In this document: piece after piece, positions 1-10,283 of the stretch | How positions within the stretch are numbered: position 1 is the first letter of the stretch | How the letters are laid out: the number at the start of each line of letters is the position of its first letter | Assembly (NCBI GenBank): GCA_023411115.1 | Contig: JAEYPF010000020.1 | Location: 10,052-74,051, forward strand | Direction: 5' to 3' | Length of the DNA stretch: 64,000 bases | Origin: Methanobacteriota archaeon | GTDB taxonomy: Archaea; Methanobacteriota; Methanobacteria; Methanobacteriales; Methanobacteriaceae | Program-made: the position numbers and the translations under genes | Notes under the pieces: generated by a model | What the model saw: the letters and a program-made list of their open reading frames with translations, nothing else | What the model was told of the DNA's origin: nothing | Databases searched by the model: none

Positions 1-501
1 GATAAATTCATCTTCGTAAAGCGTATTGAAGGAGTAAGCGGCACTAAAATTAGAGAAGCTATTTTGAATGAAGACTTAAATTCTGTTGAAGATATGCTGC
101 CCCCTGAAACTATTGAAGTTTTAGAGAGGGAAATAAAGCTAGAAAGAGCCCCCCTTCACGACGTAAGAGACGAAGCAGGCATAATTAAACTTGTAAATGA
201 AGAAACCAATGATTATTTAAAATCACTTGCACTTTTAGATGATAAAACTGCTGAAAATCTCATCAAAAACAGGCCATTTAAAAACGTGGCAGATATAGAA
301 GAATGTATTTCATGGGGCTTCAGTAGGCACTACAAAAATAGAATTTTGTCATCTTTAGAGGCAAGAATAGATAAAAAAACAGTATCTTCATATATAGAGA
401 AGTATCCGTCAGTTATTCGCGTGTTAAACTTTAAAGATAAAGACACACTTAAAAATTTTAAAAATAATATACCTATGAGGAGGATAGAACTATGGCAATA
501 A
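1..501 (+). CDS. C-terminal part of a cytidylyltransferase-family nucleotidyltransferase with a helix-hairpin-helix-like tail (5' end lies outside the window)
   Basis: Frame 1 is open from base 1 ([22 protein letters not shown]...), so ORF 64..501 continues upstream. VSGTKIR resembles the ISSTxIR motif of cytidylyltransferase folds. [18 protein letters not shown] looks HhH-like. The stop overlaps the next gene start. Confidence 0.35.
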   Translation, partial: DKFIFVKRIEGVSGTKIREAILNEDLNSVEDMLPPETIEVLEREIKLERAPLHDVRDEAGIIKLVNEETNDYLKSLALLDDKTAENLIKNRPFKNVADIEECISWGFSRHYKNRILSSLEARIDKKTVSSYIEKYPSVIRVLNFKDKDTLKNFKNNIPMRRIELWQ

Positions 502-1217
502 AAGAAGGAGATTTTATAAGGCTCAAATACACCGGAAAAGTTCAAGAAACCGGTGAGATTTTTGATACTACCAGTGAGGAAGTGGCTGAAGAAGCAGGAC
601 TTGTCACTGAAAATAAGACTTTTGGTCCAATTCCAATAGCTGTAGGGGTAGGACATGTATTAAAAGGTCTCGATAAAGGTTTAGTTGGAATGGAAGAAGG
701 TGAAAAGAAAACAATCGAAGTAACACCTGAAGAAGGATTCGGACCAAGAGACCCAAAACTATTACAGCTCATACCAATGAGTGAATTCAAAAAACAAAAC
801 ATGAAACCATACGTAGGTATGAACATTACAATGGAAGGCCACACTGGTAAAATAAGAAGCATAAGCGGCGGAAGGGTAACTGTTGACTTCAACCATGAAT
901 TTGCTGGAAAAACACTGGTATATGATGTGGAAGTTGAAAAGGTAATTGAAGATGACCTTGAAAAGATATACGGAATCATAGAACTTCAGTACTCTAACCC
1001 AAACATAAAACCAGAAGACCACGAAGTGAAAATTGAAGACGGTAAAGTAATGATTTACCTCAATGAAATGGCTAAATTCGATAATCAAGTTACATACGCA
1101 AAATTCAGAATTGCAAGGGACATATGGGACAATATGGGCATAAACAGAGTCGAATTTGTGGATGTATTCGAGAAAAAAGTAGCTTCTGAAGAAGAAAAAG
1201 AAGCAGAAGAAGAATAA
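492..1217 (+). CDS. FKBP-type peptidyl-prolyl cis-trans isomerase, long archaeal form
   Basis: 241 aa. Conserved FKBP/SlyD blocks are present: [50 protein letters not shown] and [20 protein letters not shown]. The protein has an acidic tail. Confidence 0.85.
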   Translation: MAIKEGDFIRLKYTGKVQETGEIFDTTSEEVAEEAGLVTENKTFGPIPIAVGVGHVLKGLDKGLVGMEEGEKKTIEVTPEEGFGPRDPKLLQLIPMSEFKKQNMKPYVGMNITMEGHTGKIRSISGGRVTVDFNHEFAGKTLVYDVEVEKVIEDDLEKIYGIIELQYSNPNIKPEDHEVKIEDGKVMIYLNEMAKFDNQVTYAKFRIARDIWDNMGINRVEFVDVFEKKVASEEEKEAEEE

Positions 1218-1493
1218 AAATCCCCACGTTTGGTTTAATATTTTTTATTTTTAAATTGGTTTTGAATCTTTAAACTGATTCTAAACCTTATCTATTTTTT
1301 TATTTAGACTAAAAATACTATGAGATAGATTATCCGATTTAAACGCGTTAATTTTGCTTTTTATATAAATTAGGTCTGTTTTTAATTATATCCTGGTTTT
1401 TAGTTTCTCTATTTCATAATGAAAATCGACAAAGATAAATATTAATTTTAATATAATTATTATTATAAAATTTTTACTAATTGGAGAGGTTTT

Positions 1494-1925
1494 ATGCCAA
1501 GAAAACTTCTTATTGGTCTATTAATAGCCATATTCTTAATGTCTGGCGCTGTGGGATACATCGTAATAGGAACTGGAGGAACTACTCCTGCACTAACAAC
1601 CAATACTGGCAATCTAATTCCAGAGGCTGCATCGGAAAGTAACACCTACACAACTCTAGAAGTTAAAAGAGAGAAATGCACCGAATGTGCAGGTACGGGA
1701 TGGGACCGCAAATTTGCATGTCCTAATTGTGATGGCTTTGGAGTTATAAATTGTACTGCTTGCAAAGGCACTGGAAAAACTTTAAATGAAACTATCTGTC
1801 AGTACTGCCACGGAACCGGTGAACTAATTTGCCCGGCATGTCATGGAACTGGGGGGACAAGATGTAAGTTCTGCGGCGGTGATGGTTATTATGACCCAGA
1901 AAGAGGAGATAAAAAAGCTCAGTAG
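1494..1925 (+). CDS. Membrane-anchored protein with six DnaJ-type CxxCxGxG zinc-finger repeats and no J domain
   Basis: 143 aa with an N-terminal K/R plus hydrophobic helix (LLIGLLIAIFLMSGAVGYIVIG). Six repeats follow: CTECAGTG, CPNCDGFG, CTACKGTG, CQYCHGTG, CPACHGTG, CKFCGGDG. An RBS-like ggagagg lies upstream of the ATG. Confidence 0.6.
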   Translation: MPRKLLIGLLIAIFLMSGAVGYIVIGTGGTTPALTTNTGNLIPEAASESNTYTTLEVKREKCTECAGTGWDRKFACPNCDGFGVINCTACKGTGKTLNETICQYCHGTGELICPACHGTGGTRCKFCGGDGYYDPERGDKKAQ

Positions 1926-2144
1926 TTAATTAAAAATCTAAAAATTTATGTTAAGGGCAATTAATCTATTTTTTCCCTTTAAATTTTTGTTTACTCATTT
2001 CTTTTCGTGTTTTAATCTTATTTTTCCTGTTTAATCGATCTCTGATTTTAATGTACAGCAGGATGATTACAACCAACGCTGTAAAAAATCCCACTATTAA
2101 TGTTTTTAAGTTGATCATTGATTACACAGCTAAAAAATAAAAGA

Positions 2145-3776
2145 TCAAGGCCAGGTAAGCAACTTCGGCACCTTAACCTTTTTAAACCTTTCTTTTACAT
2201 CTTCTGGCCAGTTTTCAGGGTCAAAACCTTTCTGTGCCAGGAATCCGAATACCCAGCGGGTTATACCGATACCTGTGCAACCTGTCCAGATTCTGTGGTT
2301 ATGGGTTTCTTTTACAGAAAAGCCCTCTATAAAGTGGGTCCCGTGGATGTTTGCTGAAACCACCGCAACCCCTTTTTCTTGACCAGGTACTACAAGTCTC
2401 ATTTCCTTTTTAGGGATATCTGGAAACTCAATTCCCCTGTCTTCACTCTTTCTTCCTTCAAGATAGAAAGGGTCGTCACCGACTTCTGTGTACCATTCAA
2501 GTTCAAGTTCATCGGCGATCTTGTGGGAAATGTCAACTGAAATATCTCTTATCTTTTCAGTCATTTCAGGTGTTCCCAACCATACAAGCTCAATCCTTTG
2601 AAATTCATGAACACGGTCAAGCCCTTTAGCTCCTCCCGCTTCCCAGCGGTATGTCCAGCCGCTTCTATCGAAGAACTTTATTGGAAGGTCTTTTTCGTCC
2701 ACCACCTGGTGGCTTAAAAATTCATAGAATGGCTCGCATTGGGCAGGAGCCAGTACATATGAAGGATCCTTTAAACCTTCCTTTAGACGGTCAATCGGGA
2801 CTTCACGTTTAATTGCAAGCTCTTCTCTGAATTTGTTAAATGTTTCGGGGTCTCTTCTAGGTGCAGAACAGTAATACATCCCTTCAGGAAGGCCCTCCAG
2901 ATATTTCATTTTATCCATTACTGGAATTGGTATAAGCTTTGGAAAAAGGCATTCATCAAAGTCCATTTCATAAACAAGCTTTTCTAGCATTATCTCTTCC
3001 ATGGCACGCTGCAGTGCTACAAGAGGGGGTGTATAGAACCATTGTCCCCTTCCAGAGAATTTTTTAATCCATCCCAGTTTTACAGCTTCTTCTGTAGGGT
3101 CCCCTTCAAAGAAAAATTCCTGCTTTTGGCTGCTGGCTATTACAGTACCGGGTTCCACTTTTGTAACCTGTCTTGTGAGAACATCAGAAGGTTGTGTGAC
3201 TTCTTCAAGGGTTGGTTCAGCGTCGCCCTGTTTTGGCACTGATTCTTTTATGAACTTTAAAACCCTATCAACGACGTGTTTTCTAAGTTCTGATTCATCA
3301 AGTTCTTCAAATTTTATTATTAACTTATTTTTAACGATTGAAGAATCCAAAACATAGGGCATATCCATTATCTTATCAACAACAGTGGCCCCTAAGTCCA
3401 CTTCTCCAACCTTAATTATTCCAGTAGTTTCATCTACTTCAGGCTCTTTTTTGAGTGGAATTGCAATTTCATATTCTTTAGCGGTTATTTTTCGTACCCC
3501 TAAACGGTATTTTTTACCTAAAAGTTGTGTAAGTGGTTTTTTAATACGTAATACGGCGTCATGTGCCCTTCCACGTCTTCCAGATACTATTTCAACATTT
3601 AAAGTATTTCCCTTTAAATCCCAGTTTATTATTTTTGATGCATCATCTTTCTGGTCTTCTGGAACTCCTTTTGGGAATATTTCATCATTAGCTTCTTTTA
3701 TAAACTCTTCTATATCTCCGCGCGCTTCTTCAGCGTCTTTACTGAATATTATTTCTCCTTTAAGTGAGAATTTCAT
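2145..3776 (-). CDS. serS: Seryl-tRNA synthetase, rare methanogen type
   Basis: 543 aa. The long N-terminal tRNA-binding domain (MKFSLKGEIIFSKDAEEA...) and the class II core (FQRIELVWLG, GCTGIGITRW) resemble the atypical methanogen SerRS rather than the bacterial type. Confidence 0.8.
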   Translation of the reverse strand: MKFSLKGEIIFSKDAEEARGDIEEFIKEANDEIFPKGVPEDQKDDASKIINWDLKGNTLNVEIVSGRRGRAHDAVLRIKKPLTQLLGKKYRLGVRKITAKEYEIAIPLKKEPEVDETTGIIKVGEVDLGATVVDKIMDMPYVLDSSIVKNKLIIKFEELDESELRKHVVDRVLKFIKESVPKQGDAEPTLEEVTQPSDVLTRQVTKVEPGTVIASSQKQEFFFEGDPTEEAVKLGWIKKFSGRGQWFYTPPLVALQRAMEEIMLEKLVYEMDFDECLFPKLIPIPVMDKMKYLEGLPEGMYYCSAPRRDPETFNKFREELAIKREVPIDRLKEGLKDPSYVLAPAQCEPFYEFLSHQVVDEKDLPIKFFDRSGWTYRWEAGGAKGLDRVHEFQRIELVWLGTPEMTEKIRDISVDISHKIADELELEWYTEVGDDPFYLEGRKSEDRGIEFPDIPKKEMRLVVPGQEKGVAVVSANIHGTHFIEGFSVKETHNHRIWTGCTGIGITRWVFGFLAQKGFDPENWPEDVKERFKKVKVPKLLTWP

Positions 3777-3843
3777 GTATTTTCACCTTTTTAAAAATCA
3801 TTATAACTATAATAAATGTACAGTATTATATTTCATATTTAGT

Positions 3844-4083
3844 TTATTTAACTTCTTCTTTTGTAAAATCTATTACCTTTTCGGCCATCATCTCACAAAA
3901 TAGAATGTCATCTAGGGATGCAAGAATTGTTCTTAATGACCGCGACTCTAATTTATATATAAGGTCATTGTCTTCAACATGTGAGCTTATAAAATCCATA
4001 TTGTCCGGTTCAAGCGATCCTGACGCTATATTGGCCTCTTTTTTGGTTTTATAAGTGAAAATGACGGTAGATTCTATTTTCAT
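3844..4083 (-). CDS. KEOPS subunit Pcc1-like small protein
   Basis: 79 aa. The size and the pattern (..FTYKTKKEANIASGSLEPDN.. SLRTILASLDDILFCEMMAEKV) resemble archaeal Pcc1. This is a weak motif-level call. Confidence 0.4.
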   Translation of the reverse strand: MKIESTVIFTYKTKKEANIASGSLEPDNMDFISSHVEDNDLIYKLESRSLRTILASLDDILFCEMMAEKVIDFTKEEVK

Positions 4084-4097
4084 ATTCTATCCTCATA

Positions 4098-4871
4098 CTA
4101 GCTTAAAATTCTTTCTGCAATCTTTTCTATTGATTTTAATGCTGCAGAGTTTGGATAATTCGTTAGCGGGCGTCCTTCCATGTCTGCTTTAATAACGTTT
4201 TCATCCCTTGGAATGCTTCCAATTACTTCAAGATCCATTTCTTTAAGCTTCCCGATCACGAAATTTTCTTCTGTTTCACTGGATACCTTGTTTATCACGC
4301 ATACAATTTCAGGTATGCCAATATCTAAAGCGAGTCTTTTTATACGTTCTGCAGTTTCAAGGGATTTAAGGCCCGGTTCGACAACTATAATCATTAAATC
4401 AACAGCTTCAGCTGTCTTTCTTCCAAGATGCTCTATTCCAGCTTCCATATCCAGTATAACAAATTCATCTTTTTTAAGGATTAAATTGCGCATGAGTGCT
4501 TTAAGGAGCACTGAAGCAGGGCAAATGCACCCTTCACCTCCTTTGTCAATGGTACCCATTACAAGGAGTTTTAAATTCCCTTCATCATCATAATTTACAG
4601 ATAAAGATTCTGGAAGGTCACTTATCTTCGGATTAATTTTAAAAACTTCTCCAAATGACGATCCAGGTTCAGCACCAGTTCTTTCTTTTATAAGGTCTCT
4701 CATTTTAGATATTGGCGTAATTGGCTCTGTAATTCCGAGACTTGATGCAAGGTTCATGTCTGGATCTGCATCTATAGCAAATACTTTATAACGTTGTGAC
4801 AATATACATGCTAATGTACCTGAAAGGGTTGTTTTACCGACCCCTCCTTTTCCAGTTATCGCAATTTTCAT
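4098..4871 (-). CDS. CooC-type MinD/ParA-family P-loop ATPase (metal-centre insertion accessory protein-like)
   Basis: 257 aa with a deviant Walker A (ITGKGGVGKTT), a CxC metal motif (GEGCICPAS) and DMEAGIEHLGR, as in CooC/AcsF-type ATPases. Confidence 0.7.
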   Translation of the reverse strand: MKIAITGKGGVGKTTLSGTLACILSQRYKVFAIDADPDMNLASSLGITEPITPISKMRDLIKERTGAEPGSSFGEVFKINPKISDLPESLSVNYDDEGNLKLLVMGTIDKGGEGCICPASVLLKALMRNLILKKDEFVILDMEAGIEHLGRKTAEAVDLMIIVVEPGLKSLETAERIKRLALDIGIPEIVCVINKVSSETEENFVIGKLKEMDLEVIGSIPRDENVIKADMEGRPLTNYPNSAALKSIEKIAERILS

Positions 4872-5060
4872 ATCATTTCACCTATTATATATGACCATTA
4901 GAAAGGTATTTTTGTAATCACTGATCATCATTTTAAAGTAAGAAAGTAACAATTAATGCATTACACATATTTCTTACACCCATGTGATCATCATTTCGTA
5001 TATATAGGATGGAAGGTTTATTAAGTTATAGACTAAAAGATTTATAGAGGAGGATTATTA

Positions 5061-5540
5061 ATGAGACCATATACAAGAAAAGAATACATAAGAAAAATTC
5101 CTGGTTCCAGGATAGTTCAGTATGATATGGGAAACCTTTCAGCAGATTTCCCTTTAACAATCAGTCTTGCCCTAAAAAAGCCAGCACAGTTATCACATAA
5201 CTCACTGGAAGCAGCAAGAATAGCATCAAACAGATATATGCAACGAAGAGCCGGTAGGATGGGTTACCATCTTAAAATAAGGGTATATCCTCATCATATC
5301 GTAAGGGAAAATCCAATGGCAACCGGTGCCGGTGCTGACAGGGTTCAGGACGGAATGAGAAAAGCTTTCGGAAAACCTGTAAGCTCTGTTGCAGTTGTAA
5401 AGGCAGATCAAAGGGTTTTAACAATAATGACAAATAAAAGGAACTTCAAAGATGCAAAAGAAGCATTAAAAAGGGCTTCAATGAAATTCCCAGTTCCTTG
5501 TAGGATTGTTGTTGATAAAGGTGAAGAATTAATAAAATAG
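5061..5540 (+). CDS. rpl10e: 50S ribosomal protein L10e (uL16)
   Basis: 159 aa with [25 protein letters not shown] and [36 protein letters not shown] strong RBS (gaggagg) is present. Confidence 0.9.
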   Translation: MRPYTRKEYIRKIPGSRIVQYDMGNLSADFPLTISLALKKPAQLSHNSLEAARIASNRYMQRRAGRMGYHLKIRVYPHHIVRENPMATGAGADRVQDGMRKAFGKPVSSVAVVKADQRVLTIMTNKRNFKDAKEALKRASMKFPVPCRIVVDKGEELIK

Positions 5541-5552
5541 AAGAGTGTTAGC

Positions 5553-7850
5553 ATGAAGCTTGTTGAATTTTTTGAAGAGCTAGGTAAAGAGGATGTGGAC
5601 ATCGCTGGTGGAAAAGGGGCAAATCTGGGAGAATTAACGAATGCAGGGCTTCCTGTACCTTCTGGATTTGTGATAACTTCTGCAACCTATGATAAATTTA
5701 TAAAAGAAACAGGTATCTTTGATGAAATAATGGATATTCTTGATGCTATAGATGTCGATAATACAAAAGAACTTCAGGAAGCTTCAGTAAGGATAAAGAA
5801 AATAATCATGGACTCACAAGTACCTGATGAAATAAGAACAACTATAATTGAAGCTTACAACGCATTATGCCAGAGAATTGGCAAAGAAGATGCATTTGTT
5901 GCAATAAGATCGTCTGCAACAGCAGAAGATCTCCCTGAAGCATCATTTGCAGGACAACAAGATACATTCTTAAATATTAGGGGTTCAGAAGATGTTTTAG
6001 AATATGTACAAAAATGCTGGGCATCTTTATTTGAATCCAGAGCTATATTTTATAGGGAAGAACATAATTTTGATCATTCTAAGGTTTATATCGCTGTTGT
6101 AGTTCAGGAAATGGTTGATGCTGAAAAAGCAGGCGTAATGTTTACCGTACACCCCTCAACTGGTGAAGAAAAAATATTAATTGAAGCTGCATGGGGATTA
6201 GGAGAAGCTGTAGTATCTGGTTCTGTTACACCCGACACTTACTGGGTAGATAAGAAAACAGGCGAAGCTTTGGACTGCACCATAAGTGAGAAAAATATAA
6301 TGTTTAAAAAGGATCCTTCAGTTGGAAAGACTGTAAAAGTGGGAGTTCCAGAGGATATGAAAACCAAAAGAGTGTTAGACGACGATGAACTTGCAGCACT
6401 TACAGAAATAGGTAAAAATATCCAGAATCATTATAACTTCCCGCAGGATACAGAATGGGCCATAGAAAAAGGAAAAATTTACATGCTGCAGTCCAGACCT
6501 GTAACAACACTCAATATGAATAATGAAACAGCAGCAGAAGAATCTACTGAAGAAGAAAGGACAATAATCACCAAAGGATTGGGCGCAAGTCCTGGAATGG
6601 CTTCAGGTGCTGTAAAAATAATTAAAGATGCTGATGAACTTGATAAAATAGGATCTGGAGATATACTGGTTACAATAATGACAACACCAGATATGGTCCC
6701 TGCCATGAAGAGGGCGAATGGAATCATAACAGATGAAGGTGGAGTAACCTGCCACGCTGCAATTGTTTCAAGGGAACTTGGAATACCCTGTGTTGTTGGA
6801 ACAGGAGAAGCAACAAAGATCCTTGAAGAAAATGAAATTGTAACACTTGATGGAAATAAAGGAATAGTTTACAAGGGTAAACTTCATGAAGCAGAGAAAA
6901 AGGAAACTGCAGAAGAACAGCCAGCAATGATGGCACAGGCACCTATTTTAACTGTTACAGAAGTTAAAGTCAATGTCAGCATGCCAGAAGCAGCTAAAAA
7001 AGCTGCTGCAACAGGTGCAGATGGTGTGGGGCTCCTTAGAACTGAACACATGATGTTAACATCTGGAGTGCACCCTAAAAAGTTCATAATGGATGGAAGA
7101 GAGGATGAACTTATAAAAATCCTTGTTGAAAACATCTTAAAAGTTGCAGATGAATTTTATCCAAAACCAGTATGGTACAGAACTCTTGACGCGCCAACAG
7201 ATGAATTTAAATCTCTGGAAGGCGGAGAAGGTGAACCATATGAACACAACCCAATGCTTGGATGGAGAGGTATAAGAAGAGAGTTAGACGAGCCGGAAAT
7301 ATTAAGGGCTGAGTTTAAGGCTATTAAAAAACTCCATGAACAGGGCTACACCAATATTGGAATAATGATTCCACTGGTTCAACACCCTGATGAACTTAAA
7401 AAAGCTAAACAGATAGCAGAAGAAGTTGGATTAAAACCTCGAAAAACCATTGAATTTGGTATCATGGTTGAAACACCGGCAGCAGCTCTTACAATTGAAG
7501 ATTTCATAGCTGAAGGGGTTGACTTTGTAAGTTTTGGAACAAACGATCTGACCCAGTACACACTTGCAATTGACAGAAACAACGAGCACGTTGCAGGCCT
7601 TTACACCGAAGAACATCCAGCTGTTATAAAACTCTTAGTTCGCGTTATAAAAATATGTAACGAGGCGGGAGTCAAAACAAGTATCTGTGGACAGGCTGGA
7701 AGTATACCTAGGATAGTTGAAAAACTAGTAGAGGCTGGAATTGAAAGCGTATCTGCAAATACTGATGCAGTTGCGGCTGTAAGGGAAACTGTGGCAAGAG
7801 TTGAGAAAAAACTTGTCTTAAAAGCTGCAAGAATGCGTTTACAGGAATAA
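5553..7850 (+). CDS. ppsA: Phosphoenolpyruvate synthase
   Basis: 765 aa. It has the ATP-grasp N-terminus (GGKGANLGEL), the phosphohistidine swivel (GGVTCHAAIVSRELGIPCVVG) and the PEP-utilising C-terminal barrel (FVSFGTNDLTQYTLAIDR). Confidence 0.92.
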   Translation: MKLVEFFEELGKEDVDIAGGKGANLGELTNAGLPVPSGFVITSATYDKFIKETGIFDEIMDILDAIDVDNTKELQEASVRIKKIIMDSQVPDEIRTTIIEAYNALCQRIGKEDAFVAIRSSATAEDLPEASFAGQQDTFLNIRGSEDVLEYVQKCWASLFESRAIFYREEHNFDHSKVYIAVVVQEMVDAEKAGVMFTVHPSTGEEKILIEAAWGLGEAVVSGSVTPDTYWVDKKTGEALDCTISEKNIMFKKDPSVGKTVKVGVPEDMKTKRVLDDDELAALTEIGKNIQNHYNFPQDTEWAIEKGKIYMLQSRPVTTLNMNNETAAEESTEEERTIITKGLGASPGMASGAVKIIKDADELDKIGSGDILVTIMTTPDMVPAMKRANGIITDEGGVTCHAAIVSRELGIPCVVGTGEATKILEENEIVTLDGNKGIVYKGKLHEAEKKETAEEQPAMMAQAPILTVTEVKVNVSMPEAAKKAAATGADGVGLLRTEHMMLTSGVHPKKFIMDGREDELIKILVENILKVADEFYPKPVWYRTLDAPTDEFKSLEGGEGEPYEHNPMLGWRGIRRELDEPEILRAEFKAIKKLHEQGYTNIGIMIPLVQHPDELKKAKQIAEEVGLKPRKTIEFGIMVETPAAALTIEDFIAEGVDFVSFGTNDLTQYTLAIDRNNEHVAGLYTEEHPAVIKLLVRVIKICNEAGVKTSICGQAGSIPRIVEKLVEAGIESVSANTDAVAAVRETVARVEKKLVLKAARMRLQE

Positions 7851-7934
7851 GCATCTATAAATTAAACAATTTTTTTTATTTTTCTTTAAAATTTTATTAT
7901 TTTTTCCAATATAATTATTTTTCCGAGGATTAAA

Positions 7935-9164
7935 ATGGATAAAAAAGGAATCACAAAACAGGAAATATTCGAAAAACTCAAAGAATTCAAAAGAGAGGAT
8001 ATGACCTATAAATCAGGCCGTATACTCGGTTCAATGTGCACATGTCCCCATGAAATTGGCGTGGAAGCCTATTATATGTTTTTAGAGTCTAACTTGGGTG
8101 ATTCTGGTTTATTTAAAGGTACCAGGAATATGGAAAAAGAAGTTATCCGGATGCTTGGGGAACTCCTGGGTAAAGAGGATATCTGTGGGCATATAATAAC
8201 AGGCGGTACAGAAGCAAACATAATGGCCATGAGGGCAGCAAGAAATTCAAGCAATGTCAAAGATCCGGAGATAATTGTTCCTAAATCTGCTCATTTTTCC
8301 TTTAAGAAGGCGGCAGATATGTTATGCCTTAAACTCAGGGAAGCAAAACTTGATGAAAATTACCGTGTGGATATCGAGTCTGTAAAGGAACTCATATCTG
8401 ATAATACTGTTGCAGTAGTGGGTATTGCAGGGACAACTGAGCTTGGAGTAATCGATCCAATAGAAGAACTTTCAAAACTCTGTAAGAAACAGGGTATTTA
8501 TCTTCATGTTGATGCGGCATTTGGAGGATTTTCGATTCCCTTCTTAAGTTATGGTGGCTATGATCTTCCTAAATTTGATTTCTCCCTTGAGGGTGTTTCT
8601 TCAATTACGATAGATCCTCATAAAATGGGTCTTGCACCAATTCCGACTGGTGGAATTCTCTTTAGAGATAGGAGTTATCTTAACAGCATAAGTACTGAAA
8701 CACCTTATCTTACAGATAAAGAGCAGTTTACTATTGTAGGTACCAGAATGGGTGCATCTACAGCTGCAACATGGGCACTACTCAAACATTTTGGAAAAGA
8801 AGGGTACTGCAAAATCTCAAAGAATTGTATGGAAGTTACTGAATATCTGGCTATGGGAATTAAAAGAGCAGGGTTTAAATTAATTAGAGAACCGCAATTA
8901 AACATTGTTACGTTTAAATCAGATGAAATGGAAATTGATGAAATTGTGGATGAAATTGAAAAGAAAGGATGGGCTGTTTCAGTGTCTTCTTATCCTCGGG
9001 CTATAAGAATTGTGGTCATGCCTCATGTAAAAACAGAATATGCTAGAGAATTCATGAGTGACCTATCTGAGATTTATACAAAGCATACATTAAAAGACAT
9101 ATCTCAAGATAGTGAAAGGAAGACTTCCTTAAAATTAGTTGATAAAACACTACAAGGCAAATGA
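7935..9164 (+). CDS. mfnA: L-tyrosine/L-aspartate decarboxylase (methanofuran / CoA biosynthesis)
   Basis: 409 aa. Blocks GSMCTCPH, ESNLGDSGLFKGT, GGTEANIMA, GIAGTTELG, HVDAAFGG, SITIDPHKMG (PLP lysine) and AIRIVVMPH match MfnA closely. Confidence 0.9.
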   Translation: MDKKGITKQEIFEKLKEFKREDMTYKSGRILGSMCTCPHEIGVEAYYMFLESNLGDSGLFKGTRNMEKEVIRMLGELLGKEDICGHIITGGTEANIMAMRAARNSSNVKDPEIIVPKSAHFSFKKAADMLCLKLREAKLDENYRVDIESVKELISDNTVAVVGIAGTTELGVIDPIEELSKLCKKQGIYLHVDAAFGGFSIPFLSYGGYDLPKFDFSLEGVSSITIDPHKMGLAPIPTGGILFRDRSYLNSISTETPYLTDKEQFTIVGTRMGASTAATWALLKHFGKEGYCKISKNCMEVTEYLAMGIKRAGFKLIREPQLNIVTFKSDEMEIDEIVDEIEKKGWAVSVSSYPRAIRIVVMPHVKTEYAREFMSDLSEIYTKHTLKDISQDSERKTSLKLVDKTLQGK

Positions 9165-9170
9165 GCAACC

Positions 9171-9665
9171 ATGAAAATAATTAAAACTCCCGTAACTCGC
9201 GACGTGATTGAAGATCTAAAAGTTGGAGATAAGATCGAAATACACGGCAAAATATTTACTGGTAGGGATGCTGCACTTCCAAAACTTGTTAAATCACTTA
9301 AAAATGGTGAAAAACTAATTGAAATTGAAGGATCGGTTATAATGCACACTGCAGTAAGCGATGCAGGTATATCTCCTACTACAAGCAATAAAGAAGAAAT
9401 TGAAGAAAGTATTCCCTATCTTTCAAAGGCAGGGGTGAAGATCCATATTGGAAAGGGAGGTTTAAGCGAGGAAACAATTAAAGCTCTTGATGAAGAAGGA
9501 TCAATTTTCGTTGTAACTCCTCCTGCTGCAGCCCTTCTTACAAGTAAAGTAATATCAAGGCGCATTGCTGCATTTGAAGAAGAAGGAATGGAAGCAATCT
9601 ACGAACTAGAAGTGGATGGGCTTCCAGGGATTGTTGCAATTGCGCATGGGGAGTCTATATACTGA
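9171..9665 (+). CDS. Fe-S hydro-lyase beta subunit (class I fumarate hydratase / tartrate dehydratase C-terminal domain family)
   Basis: 164 aa. LKVGDKIEIHGKIFTGRDAALPKL and GKGGLSEET.. are typical of the FumA C-terminal / TtdB family. No alpha subunit is adjacent. Confidence 0.7.
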   Translation: MKIIKTPVTRDVIEDLKVGDKIEIHGKIFTGRDAALPKLVKSLKNGEKLIEIEGSVIMHTAVSDAGISPTTSNKEEIEESIPYLSKAGVKIHIGKGGLSEETIKALDEEGSIFVVTPPAAALLTSKVISRRIAAFEEEGMEAIYELEVDGLPGIVAIAHGESIY

Positions 9666-9674
9666 ATCATTTAA

Positions 9675-10217
9675 TCACTTATTTTCTGAATCATTTATTA
9701 TAACTCGTTTACCCTCAGCTGTAGGCACAACCTTCATTTTACCGCCTTCAAACTCTTTTTCAAGCTCTTTTCCTTCAAATAACATATGTAAAAATACTCC
9801 AAGGGCTGAAACTTCAGAATGCGGCTGGGTTGTAACAGAAACATTCCAGTTTGACTCTTTATAGACTTTTGTTGGAACTCTTGCACCGCCAACCACTACA
9901 AGCTTATCTTTTGGTGAATCTCTTATTTCCCCTATAACTTCCTGAACCTGTGATCCGTACATTGTAAGGTGAACTACTTCTCCGCCATTATTTTTCCATT
10001 CATCTATGAGATTTTCATAATTTTTCCGGTAATTCACTTTAAACTGACCGCCCCACCGTCCAACGACATCTTCCACGTTTTTCATAAGTTTTGTGTCTTC
10101 ATCTCCACTTAATGTTACTTCATCTGCTCCAAAAGCTCTTGCTGTCAGGCAAACATGAGTTGTTATCCGTGCATCTCTTTTTTGTCTGTGATCTAGTCTT
10201 AAAACGTTGATTTCCAC
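9675..10217 (-). CDS. trm56: tRNA (cytidine56-2'-O)-methyltransferase
   Basis: 180 aa with VLRLDHRQKRDARITTHVCLTARAFGA and a SPOUT-type C-terminus. Confidence 0.82.
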   Translation of the reverse strand: MEINVLRLDHRQKRDARITTHVCLTARAFGADEVTLSGDEDTKLMKNVEDVVGRWGGQFKVNYRKNYENLIDEWKNNGGEVVHLTMYGSQVQEVIGEIRDSPKDKLVVVGGARVPTKVYKESNWNVSVTTQPHSEVSALGVFLHMLFEGKELEKEFEGGKMKVVPTAEGKRVIINDSENK

Positions 10218-10283
10218 TGTTATCAGTCCTTTAATTTATTTATAAACTTTTGAAAATCGAAGATTTTCAATGCCCCGAATATT

